From Azolla caroliniana (taxonomy: Eukaryota > Plantae > Polypodiophyta), in NCBI GenBank assembly GCA_043228905.1, contig JBHGNT010000005.1:23622001-23686000 (forward strand): a DNA stretch of 64,000 nucleotides, written 5' to 3'. Positions within the stretch are counted from its first letter, which is position 1; the number at the start of each line of letters is the position of its first letter. The translations under genes and the position numbers were made by a program. Below are positions 22,301 through 34,064 of the stretch, piece by piece. The notes beneath the pieces were generated by a model. The model searched no databases. It was not told where the DNA came from and saw nothing but the letters and a program-made list of their open reading frames with translations.

Positions 22301-25300
22301 TCAAAGAGAGACCATATTTGAGTGTGTTGGCCAAATACCTAAGAACTCAAATAGTTGCTTCTTGCCAATGAATTTGTCTTGGAGCACTTGAGAATTGACT
22401 GAGAATACTTGCATTATAGGACAAATTAGGCTTGGTGTAAGTTAAGTGAAGAAGAGACACAATTAATCTTCTATATTTTGTGATGTCTTCAAATATGGGA
22501 GAAATCATCTTCACGAGATAGCTTTGAGTTTGGATCCATGGGACATGAGAGTAGCCTGCAAATTGACATGCCATAGGCCTCAAGGTTTTGACTGAGATAC
22601 CTATGTTGGCTGAGGAAGATACCACCACGTTATTGGTAGGCCTCCATACCTAAGAAGTAATGGAGAAGTCGTAGATCCGTCATTTTAAATGTGTTTTTCA
22701 ATCAACGCAGAGCTCCTCGATTTTAGAAGCAAGAGACCTTGAAATTAGAAAGTCATCAACATATAATATGATCAAGCATAACAAATCATCTTGGGAAAAG
22801 ACAAAGATTGCTATCAGTGTAACAGTGCTGAAACCCAAGAGAGAGAAAGAATGCATCATTTTTGTTATGTCAAGCTTTGGGAGCTTGCTCTACGCCATAC
22901 AAGGCTTTGTGTAACTTGTAGACCATGTTTTTTGGCTCTAAAATCTTGAAACTGGTAAGTTGTTCTGCATAACTTCCTTTTTCAAGTCACCATTAAAGAA
23001 GGCTAACTCGACATCCATTTGAAAGATAGGCTGTAACCAAGGAACTTGCATTTCTTGATTTTGGACTCAAATTTAATCTGTTTATGTGAACATAAGCGTC
23101 ACAACCAAAGACTTTTAATTGAGAAACTGAGGGTTTTATACTTGTAAATGCTTCTACAAGGGTCATTGCAGCAACTGCTTTAAGCAGGCAGTAGTTGATG
23201 ATGCAGATTGCTGTGTTGACAGCTTCACCCCAAAACAAGAGAGGAAGATCATATTGAGAAAGCATTGTATGAGCTCTTTGTTGGACTATCCAATTCTTCC
23301 TTTCAACCACACCATTTTGTTGAGGAGTATTCAATAGAAAATTGATGAGCAATGGCTCGTTGAGAGCAAAAACGGTGGAAAGCTTTTGAGATAAACTCTC
23401 CTCCGTTGTCGAACTTGATCTTTCGAACTTTCTTTGATGTCTCGTTCTCGACAAGAGCTACCCATTGTTGAAATTTGGTGAAGGCTTGAGAATTTTCTGC
23501 AAGCAAATAAACCCAAACCCTATGTGAGAAATCATCAATAATAAGCATGAAATAGCATGCACCACCAAGAGTAGTGAGTGATTTTCATTGCATCAGGTGT
23601 GCCGAGTTGGGTTGGTTTTTCACCTCTCCAATCCATGATCGACCCGAAGAGAGCGAGGGGAACCAGCCTCGTTGACCACAGATCCATGTGCACGAACTCC
23701 AAGATAGATGTTGCACAGTGAGTGGCTTGATGATGGAAAGGTGCTTTCCATGAAGACAAACAACACATGGGGTATTGGGAGTTTTGAAAGAGGAAGAACC
23801 TCAACTAACTGCAAGGAGGAGAGCTTTTGAAGAGAGTCGTATCATAACCTTGCTCGATGATTTGGTAGACTGAAAGTAAGTTGGCAGAGATCTGATTCAC
23901 ATGTAGCAAATTGTGAAGATGGCAAGTTCGTCATTCAAAGAAGTGTTAAGAAACACATTATCCACACATGATACTTGAGGAATCTCCTATGGAGATTTGT
24001 GAGGAGCTGGGCTTGACATAATGTAAAATAGATTTGCCATAAGTCATGTGTGCAGTAGCACCATCCTTCACTCTACGAAAGAAGGTCGAAGGTCCTTATT
24101 TTGAACCAAAGATTCCCTGGTTGAATAGTTATTTGGCTCCGGAAGTCCCGCTGGTTCCATGTGGCTTTCAGCAAGTTCGGGTCTTTGGAAGGCTAGTTGT
24201 GTTGCTTTACCATATGACGCTACTCTAGGACTTATAGTGAGGCTCGTCAGGGGGAATCCAATCTCAATGCATCTCTCTCTCTCTGTGCGTTTAGGGTTTA
24301 GGCTCTATCTCTGTCTTTGTGTTTTCTATAATGTCTGCCCTGTGTGTTCTCTGCAATGTCAATGTTTGTTTGCGTTTTCTGCAATGTCTGTCCTCTACGT
24401 TTTTTGCAATGCCTGATCCTCTGCGTTTTCTGCCAAATCTGATTCCCTACATTTTCCACCAAATCTGTTCCTATGTGTTTTCTGCCCAGTAGAAATTCCT
24501 GGAATCTATATTGTTCCCTCTGCCCTCAACATTTCACACCTTGTACCTGCTGTCCTAAGACACCATGGAGTTTGAATGGACAAAAAATGAAAAGATGGAT
24601 TTTAACCCGCACGATGAGGGTCCAAATCCATGGAAGACCCCAAGAAGATACCATAGACGAAAAGGACGGGATGGAAGCACCCCAAATAGCGTTAGAAGGG
24701 TGCACAAGGCACCCAAAACGCAAGCCCCATTCAGCATTCCATTTGATGTCGAAAATGGGAAACATGATCTATTACGCCATTTGATTGTGCAAGAGATCAA
24801 TCTTATTAGAGAGGATATAGAAATAGCACTAAAAGAAGAAATGAAAAAGGAGATAGAGAAACAGAAAACAGAGTTGTATGCCTCTCTCAAGACTGAGTTA
24901 TTAGAAAAGATGCGGAAAGACATAATAAGCCATATGAAGAAATCACACTTAGAGTTCAAGGATGACATGACACAATACCTTAAGGATGAAATATCCTCAA
25001 GTAAGGTTGAGTTAGGAGCTATAAAAGTGGATTTAGAAAAAGGACAAGAAGCAGTGGAAAGATGCATCTCTACAGTGAAAGCCAATGTCACTAAGGAAAT
25101 GCAAACATGGGCAAACATGGCCAAAGTTGCCAAAGCTCAAACTGAGCATGCCCAAAACGAAATTAAAGCAAATGCGCTTTGGATAGAGGTAGTGAAAAAG
25201 CAAAAAGGAACATCCATGGATAGGACGACAATGATGAATGCTACATTAGAAGAAGAAGCCAAGAGGAAAGGTCGTGTGTTGCATGTATGAGTGGTTGGTT

Positions 25301-28300
25301 GGGCCGAAAAAGGAAGTCCACAAGAAGATGCCAAGAATCTCAGAACAAAGATTGGAGCATCAGATATTCCATTTGCTTCGGCGTGGAGGGTGGGAAGAGA
25401 TGAGTCTAGAGCTTAAGCCCTTATCATCCGCTTCATGGATATTGACAAGAAAAATGCTTTCCTCTCTAAAAGAAAGGCACTCAAGGGTGAAAAAATATAC
25501 TTAGATGATGATCTCACTCCATCCCAAGTGGCACACCGCAAAGAAAACATGCCACAAGTGCTTGATGCAAGAAAGGAAGGAAAATGGGCCGTATATAGAG
25601 ATGGCAAGGTCACTATTACAGAGAAGAGAACCGCATGACGATATATGGCCTATGAGACCCTATGCATGACCATATGGAATTGCAACGGCTCTCTATGGAC
25701 AGATGTCAGATATTTTAAAGATACATTAAAAAACACAGATATTGCTATGTATACAAAGACTCACCAATGCATGGCTAGCAAACTCCCCGAGGTACAAGGA
25801 TATAGATGGGAGTCAATATGTCGCCCCCAACCTTAGACACGAGGAAGCACTAGAGGTTCGGGAGGAGTGGTTGTGCTATACAAAAAGGAGTTCCATGATA
25901 GAGTGCATGTTGTCCATAAGGATGTAGATGCACGCTACATGTGGATACGAATAAAAAGAGGGGATCTTAGGGAGTTATATATTGCAATTTGCTACTTTCC
26001 ACCTGCTTACTCAAGGTTTGCACCTCTAGGTGAATCACCATATCTACCTCTATATGATGATATCATAAGATTTGCTACTATGGGGGACATTATACTATTA
26101 GGAAATTTTAATGCACGAACCAAGGATGAACAAACAACTATGTTTAACACCAACGAGGTTGTTTATGGAGAAGTTATGGCAGAAGAGGTTGGTCTAAAGC
26201 GACAAGCTCAAGATATGAGTGCTATAACTGAATATGGAAAACGCTTTCTAGCCTTGGGAAGTGTGCGTGGATTTGTGATATATAATGGCTTGTCATAATG
26301 GCCTAGATTAGATGCTTTGACATGTTGGAACCCAAAAGGGGGTGCAAGCACAATTGACTATCTAATGGGATCTCCATCTCTTATACTTGAAATAAAAGTG
26401 TTCACTATATCAGGTAGACCTATTGGCTTGGCAGCACATCATGCATATCTACGATTCAAGGTAAAGGATGGATGCACAAAGGATGTATATGCTAAGGAGA
26501 TTGGGCTGGCTAAGTATCTATTTACACGCGCGACAATTGATGTTTATAGTTGTGGAGTATACTATGGCATGCTAGATTTGGATCCTTTCGCACCCCTCGA
26601 AGAACTTACCCAAGGATTGTCAAAATCATTGCATAAAGCAGCCACAAATGCCTTTCCACAGAAAATGACCAATATCCCCAAACTTTGTAGAGTAATACAA
26701 AATAGTTGATATGATGAAGAATGTCGTGATACAAGGAGATGCTTGCAATGTGAAGTAACTCAGGGCATTTATACACGGAAACAAGCAAGAACAACCTTCC
26801 TACGTCTCGTAAGGAACAGGAAGAGATCATTTGTATCGCGTGCTTCTAGGACAAGAAAGTAAAAGAGTGGAAAATGTTTAATGAGAGGCAACCTACCACG
26901 CAAGTGATGTCACCTCAGGTGTGGCATGATATGCAAAGGTCCTATATGATATCCGGGGCAACCTCCTCATCCCCACCCACATGAATCCACCTTTTTTACT
27001 GCACAAAGGTAAGAAATGCCATTGATCGGTTACAATTTGGGAAGGCCTAGGATCGTGATGGATTGGTTGGCGAGCACTTTATCTATGCCTGTGACATCTT
27101 GCTCCCATTGCTAGCACACATCTTTACCTACTATATGGACTCAGCATACCATTGTGTCAATCCTCAAGTGTGGAGATCCCATGATGCCAAGCAACTATAG
27201 GACAATCATGATTAGCCATAACTTAGTTAAACTATATGGCTCGATTCTAGAATAAGAATTGAATATATGGGCAGAGCAGAATGGCTGCCATACAGCTGGA
27301 CAGGCAGGCTTTCAGAAGGGGTTCACGACCTTCGATCACATATTGACCCTCTGAGCCCTTATCGAAGAAGGCAGAGCCCATAATAAGAGGATTCATTGCT
27401 GCTTTTTGGATTGCTGAAACGCCTTTGGCAATGTGCCACATGCTCTCAGCTTATGCAACGGCTAGAAGCCCTTGGTGTTCCTACAGATATGCAATGGGGA
27501 ATCTATCACTCTGTGAATCTGTTTCGGAGACCTACTTTTCCTGACAACCGGGCTGAATGTAACCTTTGTAGCCACAATAATGACAAGTGAGCTCCTTGCA
27601 GGGTGGGTTGTTTTCTGGTCTTGGATTGGGTTTGCCGTAGGAGTTGCCATTGTGCTTCCACTTTCCTTTACTTTCGTCATGGAGAAGTGTTTCATTAGAA
27701 GTTTGAGCATTTTTTTGCCATGTCTTCCTGACTTGAAGCATGCCAACAAATGTATTCATATCAGGTGTAGGCAACTTGATTATTATATGATGAACAAACT
27801 TAACTTTGGTTGACTTGCTTCCCAAGGAAACTAGCTCCTCTTCGAGAGTAACAAATTGTACGATTTGATCCATGATGTTTGAAGTGTCATGAATCTTGAG
27901 GTTTGCTAGTTGACTCTCAACTGCTATCATTTGAGCATATTAGCTCTATGATACCTACTTTTGATGGCTGTCCATAGTTTGTAGCTGTCTCCTCATGTTT
28001 ATCTTGAAATTGACTGACAATGCTAGGTTTAATATTAAACACGAGGAAATCATGAGCTCAAGGATCCTTATCTATGCAAGATGAACCGGCAATTGATGTG
28101 GTTGAAGAAGATGAATTTACCAGTGGTTTCTTCTCACTACCATTGACTACATTACATAGACGATGGAATTGTAACAAGGTCTTCATCTGCAATTCCCAAT
28201 CCAAGTTATTGCTCCCATCCAAGATGAACTCTTTGAGGAGTTGGGAATGGTTGATGGGTGACATGTGAGGCCATGTATATCTTCCTCTTAAGCTACAACT

Positions 28301-31300
28301 GGACAGTTTACAGCAGCTGTAAATAGATGCTTAGGGTCTGTCTACTCCACCCTAGATGCTAGGTGAGGTTCAGATGAGAGAAAAAGAAGAACCTCCTCTG
28401 TAGGTTGGCAGGGTGGCTGCTAAGAGAACCTCCTTTTAGGGTTGGGAGGGTGTCTGCTAAGAAAAGAAAACACCTTGTTAGGGTGGGATAAAAGAAGAAC
28501 AGGCTGAGGCTATGGAGACCTCACAGCTCTGATACTATGTGAGAGAAGCTGTTTATAGCAGCAGCAGAACAGTTGTAAGAAAAAATAGACACAGTCAAGC
28601 TGTGAGAAGGCCGTTAGATAGCAATAGCAAAATAGTTGCAAAAAGTACAGTTACAAAATAGTTGCAAAAGTTAGAGAGAAAGCCAAACAGCAGATCCTGT
28701 TTGTAAGTAGCAGCCAAAATAAAGTTCATACAAAGGAGGCTGGCATAGCCTATTTATATGAAATTGGAGAACGTGGGTGAAATGGTTGTTTGGTAGTTAA
28801 GTGACTCTTGTACTACCAAACAGGTAAAATAATTGGGGAATAAGAGGGAATAATCTTGGAAAATTAGAAGAGAGAGAAAGCATTTAAAGAATTGCAGATT
28901 CTAGGGAGAGAAGAATCTAGGAAGAAAGAGAATGTAGAGGAAAGAAAATAAAGATGAAAGAAAGTACATGTCTGGAGCTGCCACTCTCCAACACATGCAA
29001 GGTCTTTAGACAATAAACAATAAATGTACCTACAAAAGAACATAGGAATCCAAAGAGATGATAGCTACATTTAGGTACATGAACACTGCAAGCTTTGCAT
29101 TGGTTGTTTATTCATCTTGTTTTAGTGCATTACCTCACTGTTTATTTTCATATTTCTACATTCTACAAAATTCTTAACTTCAGAATGGCACAAAATGAAT
29201 TGTGTATCACACACCCTCTTTTGATGGGCAGATACCTTCTCATATTTCGTTTCCTGTTTCTTGAGTGACTTTCCCAATATAACTTCAATGTGTATGGTAA
29301 TATAGGAACCCCCTACATGTAATGGGTAAAAGACGTCTGAGCCTTATATGAAGCATGGTGATTTGTCTCCCCCTACATTGTGTGCCTTCCAGTGATGGAA
29401 GATTCCACTGAGGATTTAATAGGTTTATTAGTTTATCTAGACACTGTAGGAAATAAACGAAGGGTTGAGAATGAAAGTCTATTTCTGTACACATTTTGAA
29501 CCGTCAAAGTGTCAAAATGACTTATTGCAATATTTATTATTTCTTACAGCAACATTTGCAAAGAGACTTGCACAAGAGTTTCCAACATGGCAGGTACTCC
29601 AACTGGCTTATGCTCACCAACTTTCTTTCCTTCATAATGTAAATGTTTTTTGTCTATTTGTTGAGTTAATGCTTACACTATTAGAGGATAAAATGGTCAG
29701 TTTCTCCTGGTAGACTTGCGATGTCATGGTGAATCCACCGTCCTTGAGAAGAGTGGCCCACATACAGTAGCGTCTGCAGCACAAGACATTCTGAGGCTTG
29801 TATAACTCCAAAATCAACTGTATAACACATTCTTATCCTTTGAACGCAAAGCTCATCAAATTCCTATGCATCTATTTGCCCAGATTGGACGGTTGAGGCT
29901 GACACCACGGGTTTTGATAGGTCATAGCTTTGGTGGAAAAGGCAGGTCTTGACTGCTTGTTGAGTGGCATATTTCATCAACCTATATTTTGCATTCAATA
30001 TTGATTGTCGTTTTTTGTCTGAATATGTTGACTGAACAGTGGCATTAAGTATGGTGGATCAAGCTGCAAAACCATTAGCACGCCCAGTTCAGGTGATGAT
30101 TACTATTATGAATTAATTATTTAAATTTTAATTCATAACAGATGTTCTACTCAATTAATTAAATTAATTTTAAACCCTTGTAATTTTCTAGAGGGCTTTC
30201 AGAAATTCATTACAGAAATTGTTTTGATTCTAGGTATGGGTCCTTGATGCTACACCAGGAACAGTTCGAGCAGGTGGAAACGGTGAAGACCATCCCGCGG
30301 AGCTTATACAGGCTTTGATGGAAATGCCAAACCAGGTAATTGGCTTGTTAGAAATATGCTGTAACAAATTTCGGGAGATGATGATTTAATGCTAGCAGAT
30401 CCCGTCGAGAAGATTTGTGATAAATACATTGGTAAAAAAAGGCTTCTCAACTAGTGTTGCACAGGTGGGTAGTGTATATACTCTCTGTTAGAGTCTCTGT
30501 TTAACTTGTTTTCATGATATTAGCATTAATGATGAAGCTCCTGACAGTGGATGACAACGAATTTGAGGCCCATTGAACCCACATCTTCGTCTGAGTACTC
30601 ATGGATCTTTAATCTGGAGGGCATTTCAGATATGTATCGATCATACGAAGCAACTAATTTATGGTTGGCCAAAACTCTTACTATTTCAAAGTATATGCAT
30701 GTGAACGTAGTAAAGTATAGGTCAGATTAAAATTAGGAATGTAAAGCTGAAATGCTGAAATGGACTAAGGAACATGTACGGTAAGTGAAAGAGAGATGAT
30801 GGTGTGGCATGTACGGTAAGTAAGGGCGTGGGCTGTTTTGTGAGGAGATAGAAACTAGAGAAAACTGTGCAGAAAATGGAGAGGAAGTCCATATCTCATC
30901 ATGAGAGGTTTGGGATCGATTCTCACTGATAAGTAACTTTTAGGTCATTTGGGAATGTTCACACATGGCCAATGACCAAAAGTTATAAAGCTGTGTCTAG
31001 AAAGCTCTCACATATATAAAAATGAGACCTTGGGGCCTTAATCCCCAACATAAAGCTTGTTGAGATGTTGAAGTCGGATGTAAGTTTGGATACTGGATAA
31101 GATGATTTTTAGGGTTTTGAGGTCCTAATTATGTTTATAAACTTTTTAGAGTCAATGAACTAGAAAACTCTTTTGTGAGGTTGGCCCTCCCAACAAAGGT
31201 TACATTCTAGATGTTTGTTTTGAACAGTCACTCTATCATTACATATTAGTTCTTGCTTGTATACATTTACATATACTCTTAAGTATAATGTATGGAGATT

Positions 31301-31760
31301 CTCCTTGCATAATTTATGGAGAGTGTCTGCATTTAGTATAATTTATAGAGAGCGTCAAATATTCTCCAAAAGATGTATGTTGTAATTTCCCATAAATCTA
31401 TATGAGAGCTGTTTATAAATTGTTTATATGGACAGGCATGTAGTTGAAAATGTTCCACAAGGTGTTCACTGTAATTTTCTAAAAGCCGAAAGGAGTTTAC
31501 ATAGATGGGCACATGAAGATGTGCAACGAATACACTTGGCGGAGACGTTAGCTTCACAAGAAGGTGCTGGAGTAGAGATGCATGTGCTGGAAGATGCAGG
31601 TCATTGGGTAAGCTTTCATGATAGCTATGCATGTCATCTATATCTCTCTCAACTACAGCTCGCTCTACATGTTCACTTGGTATCATTTCGCTTGCAGGTG
31701 CATACAGATAATCCCGATGGTTTATTCAGGATTCTAGCAAAATCCTTTCATGGTTTTTAG
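19363..31760 (+). CDS. Alpha/beta-hydrolase (ABHD11-like), 13 coding exons, N-terminal organelle-targeting-like extension
   Basis: Exons: 19363-19512, 19762-19893, 20870-20896, 20978-21071, 29550-29593, 29701-29799, 29884-29941, 30040-30092, 30234-30335, 30399-30464, 30548-30663, 31436-31607, 31698-31760. Motifs LLHGILGS, VDLRCHG, GHSFGGK (nucleophile elbow), DAGHWVH. Splice phases are consistent. Confidence 0.92.
21399..28993 (-). mobile_element. Old full-length Ty1/Copia element in intron 4 of the hydrolase gene
   Basis: Diverged LTRs 21399-21817 and 28538-28993, TSD CATGC (21394-21398 and 28994-28998), mutated iMet PBS at 28526-28537. Remnants of Gag, CHYCGYKG, DGATAHMT, integrase DNGGEF and RNase H (HCRTKHIEV). 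Confidence 0.93.
24070..27520 (+). mobile_element. Non-LTR retrotransposon (LINE; ORF1 + APE-RT ORF2), 5' part kept and 3' part lost, nested in the Copia
   Basis: Coiled-coil ORF1 at 24565-25638 (one in-frame stop; ends KIYLDDDLT..WAVYRDGK). APE motifs IWNCNG, YFPP, LGNFNA, IDY. RT start GQAGF..DHI. Confidence 0.88.
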
Positions 31761-32158
31761 AAGTTTGGAAGCTTCTGTAATGTTTCAGTCAACTATTCTT
31801 AGTACACATTGATTGTAAAGTAAATTCATAAAGCCTCATAAAACTTAAGAAAGAGGCGATTTCATAAAACCTCATCAAATGTTCAATACATGTTAATTAT
31901 TCAAAACATATGATATACAAATTATGATAAATTATTATAATGATGACTTTGTTTTTAACCTTTCAGAAACATCTGTAATATTTTACAGTAGAATAATTGG
32001 TTCTACACTTTGTTTCTAATATTTTGGAAAAGCAAATTTGTTAAGACCGTGTAATAAAACTTTAAAATGAGGCAATAATAAATAACCACAAATTATATAG
32101 CTCATCTTATTTGTGAGATATATAATTTGTGGTTTATTATTTCTGTAGGCATAAGTAA

Positions 32159-32675
32159 AATTATGATTGTTATAGCGTGAGAGCATTTGTATTAAAACAA
32201 TGAAACATTTCCTTTCTTATAAAATAATCAATGTTTTAACTATGTCCATACTACCTATGAACCCAACCTCCGCTTACAAATGTGATAACAGAATAAAACA
32301 AATATAACTAAAAAGAAAAAATAAGAATGCTAAAGCATTCTTCATCTTTTACCGAATCCATTTCACAGATTAGCTAAGCAATGAATCATTCAGATAACAG
32401 GTAAATTGAATGCAAACTTGAATTATGATTGTTATAGCATGAGAGCATTTGTATTAAAACAATGAAACATTTCCTTTCTTATAAAACAATCAATGTTTTA
32501 ACTATGTCCATACTACCTATGAACCCAACCTCCGCTTACAAATGTGATATAACAGAATAAAACAAATATAACTAAAAAGAAAAAATAAGAATGCTAAAGC
32601 ATTCTTCATCTTTTACCGAATCCATTTCACAGATTAGCTAAGCAATGAATCATTCAGAAAACAGGTAAATTGAAT
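32159..32675. repeat. ~260-bp tandem duplication between the convergent genes
   Basis: aattatgattgttatagc...caggtaaattgaat is present at ~32159 and ~32421, nearly identical. Confidence 0.92.
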
Positions 32676-33523
32676 TGTTCCCCCGATCATTCAAGCAATG
32701 AACCATTCAGAAAACAGAGCAATTGAAGGCAACCCTACTCCTTAACAGAGCATCCAAGCAAAGAATCAACAGCAAAACAGTGACATTTGATGCAATTTTA
32801 CTCTTTCACCAATCATCTGAGAAAAGAATCATGGGAAGAAAACGGAGAAATTTAATGCAACAGGGCAAAGAATCACTGCAAACAAGTTGAAAAAATACAG
32901 TGAAATAGTTGAATCAAATCATTCGCTTCAGTCGAAACCCTAATTAGCAGGCCAAGAACAAGATGCAGGGGAAGGCTTCTTCGCTGTTTGTTCACTCGCC
33001 AGGTAAGTTTCAAAAAACAAAACGAATACTTTTACGTCTATTCGTATGCATTCATGGGGGAGGCCCTACGAAATATGAATACGTCAATGTATGGTTGTTA
33101 ACTGATGAACTGCACTAATCAAGTTTTCAGATTTAAAAAATATATCACATTACCTAAAAAACACAAAATGATAAAGTAAAAACTATAGATTTGAGGTTCT
33201 GAGATAGCTAGCTCATTGAGCTACACTCTAAAAGTGGAGTTATATATTTACCATAGCTTATTAATACTACACACTAAAAATGGAGTTATATATTTTACCA
33301 AATTAGTGGAAAACCCAATCAACATCCCTGGTTGGGAAGTAGATATAAAGACTTGTATGTATCTAAGAGTTGACTGTCAAAATGTCACTAGGGCTATACA
33401 GATGTCAATTTCCGAATGCACCTGGTATTCGTGGAAAATTACCAGATGTCACCAGTAAAAGCTAACTCACATGTACATAAAAAAACGTGGATGCTTGCCA
33501 CAGACTTGCATAAAAGCTTCTTG

Positions 33524-34021
33524 TCATCCAATTAGAGCAGCAAGACCAATGTTACCAGACTCTTCGCTTTCAAGAGGGGCAGCTTGATGTGCAACCCTTG
33601 GCCGATCTGAAAGAAACATATAAAATGGCACAGATCTAAAGAACAGGCTAAGTTTTAAAGTATATCTATCCAAAAAATGAAATTGATCTGCAGCCCTTGG
33701 CCAATCCAAAAGAATCACAGAAATGGAAGGCTAAGTCTTAAAATCTTTTTACCCAAAAAAGGAAAAACATGATCCAATGACGTATCTGTTAATCACAAGA
33801 TTCCTATAAACATGACTTTGATTTATACCAAGGCCAAGGTTTAAAGTATATCTACTCAATAAGTTAAAACATTATCCACCGAAGTATCCGTCAATCACAA
33901 GATTCCTATAAACGTGAACTTTCATACTCTTATCAATGCAAGTTAAAAAATTCTCTCTGATCACCTCTGCAGCATGTAGCCTTAGCAAGCTCATTGTGGT
34001 TCCTCTACAGCATGTAGCCTT

Positions 34022-34064
<43 letters not shown>

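Noticed and set aside
30700-31195. Possible solo LTR in hydrolase intron 11 (TG..CAACA)
   Set aside because: I found no matching TSD and no second copy in the window.
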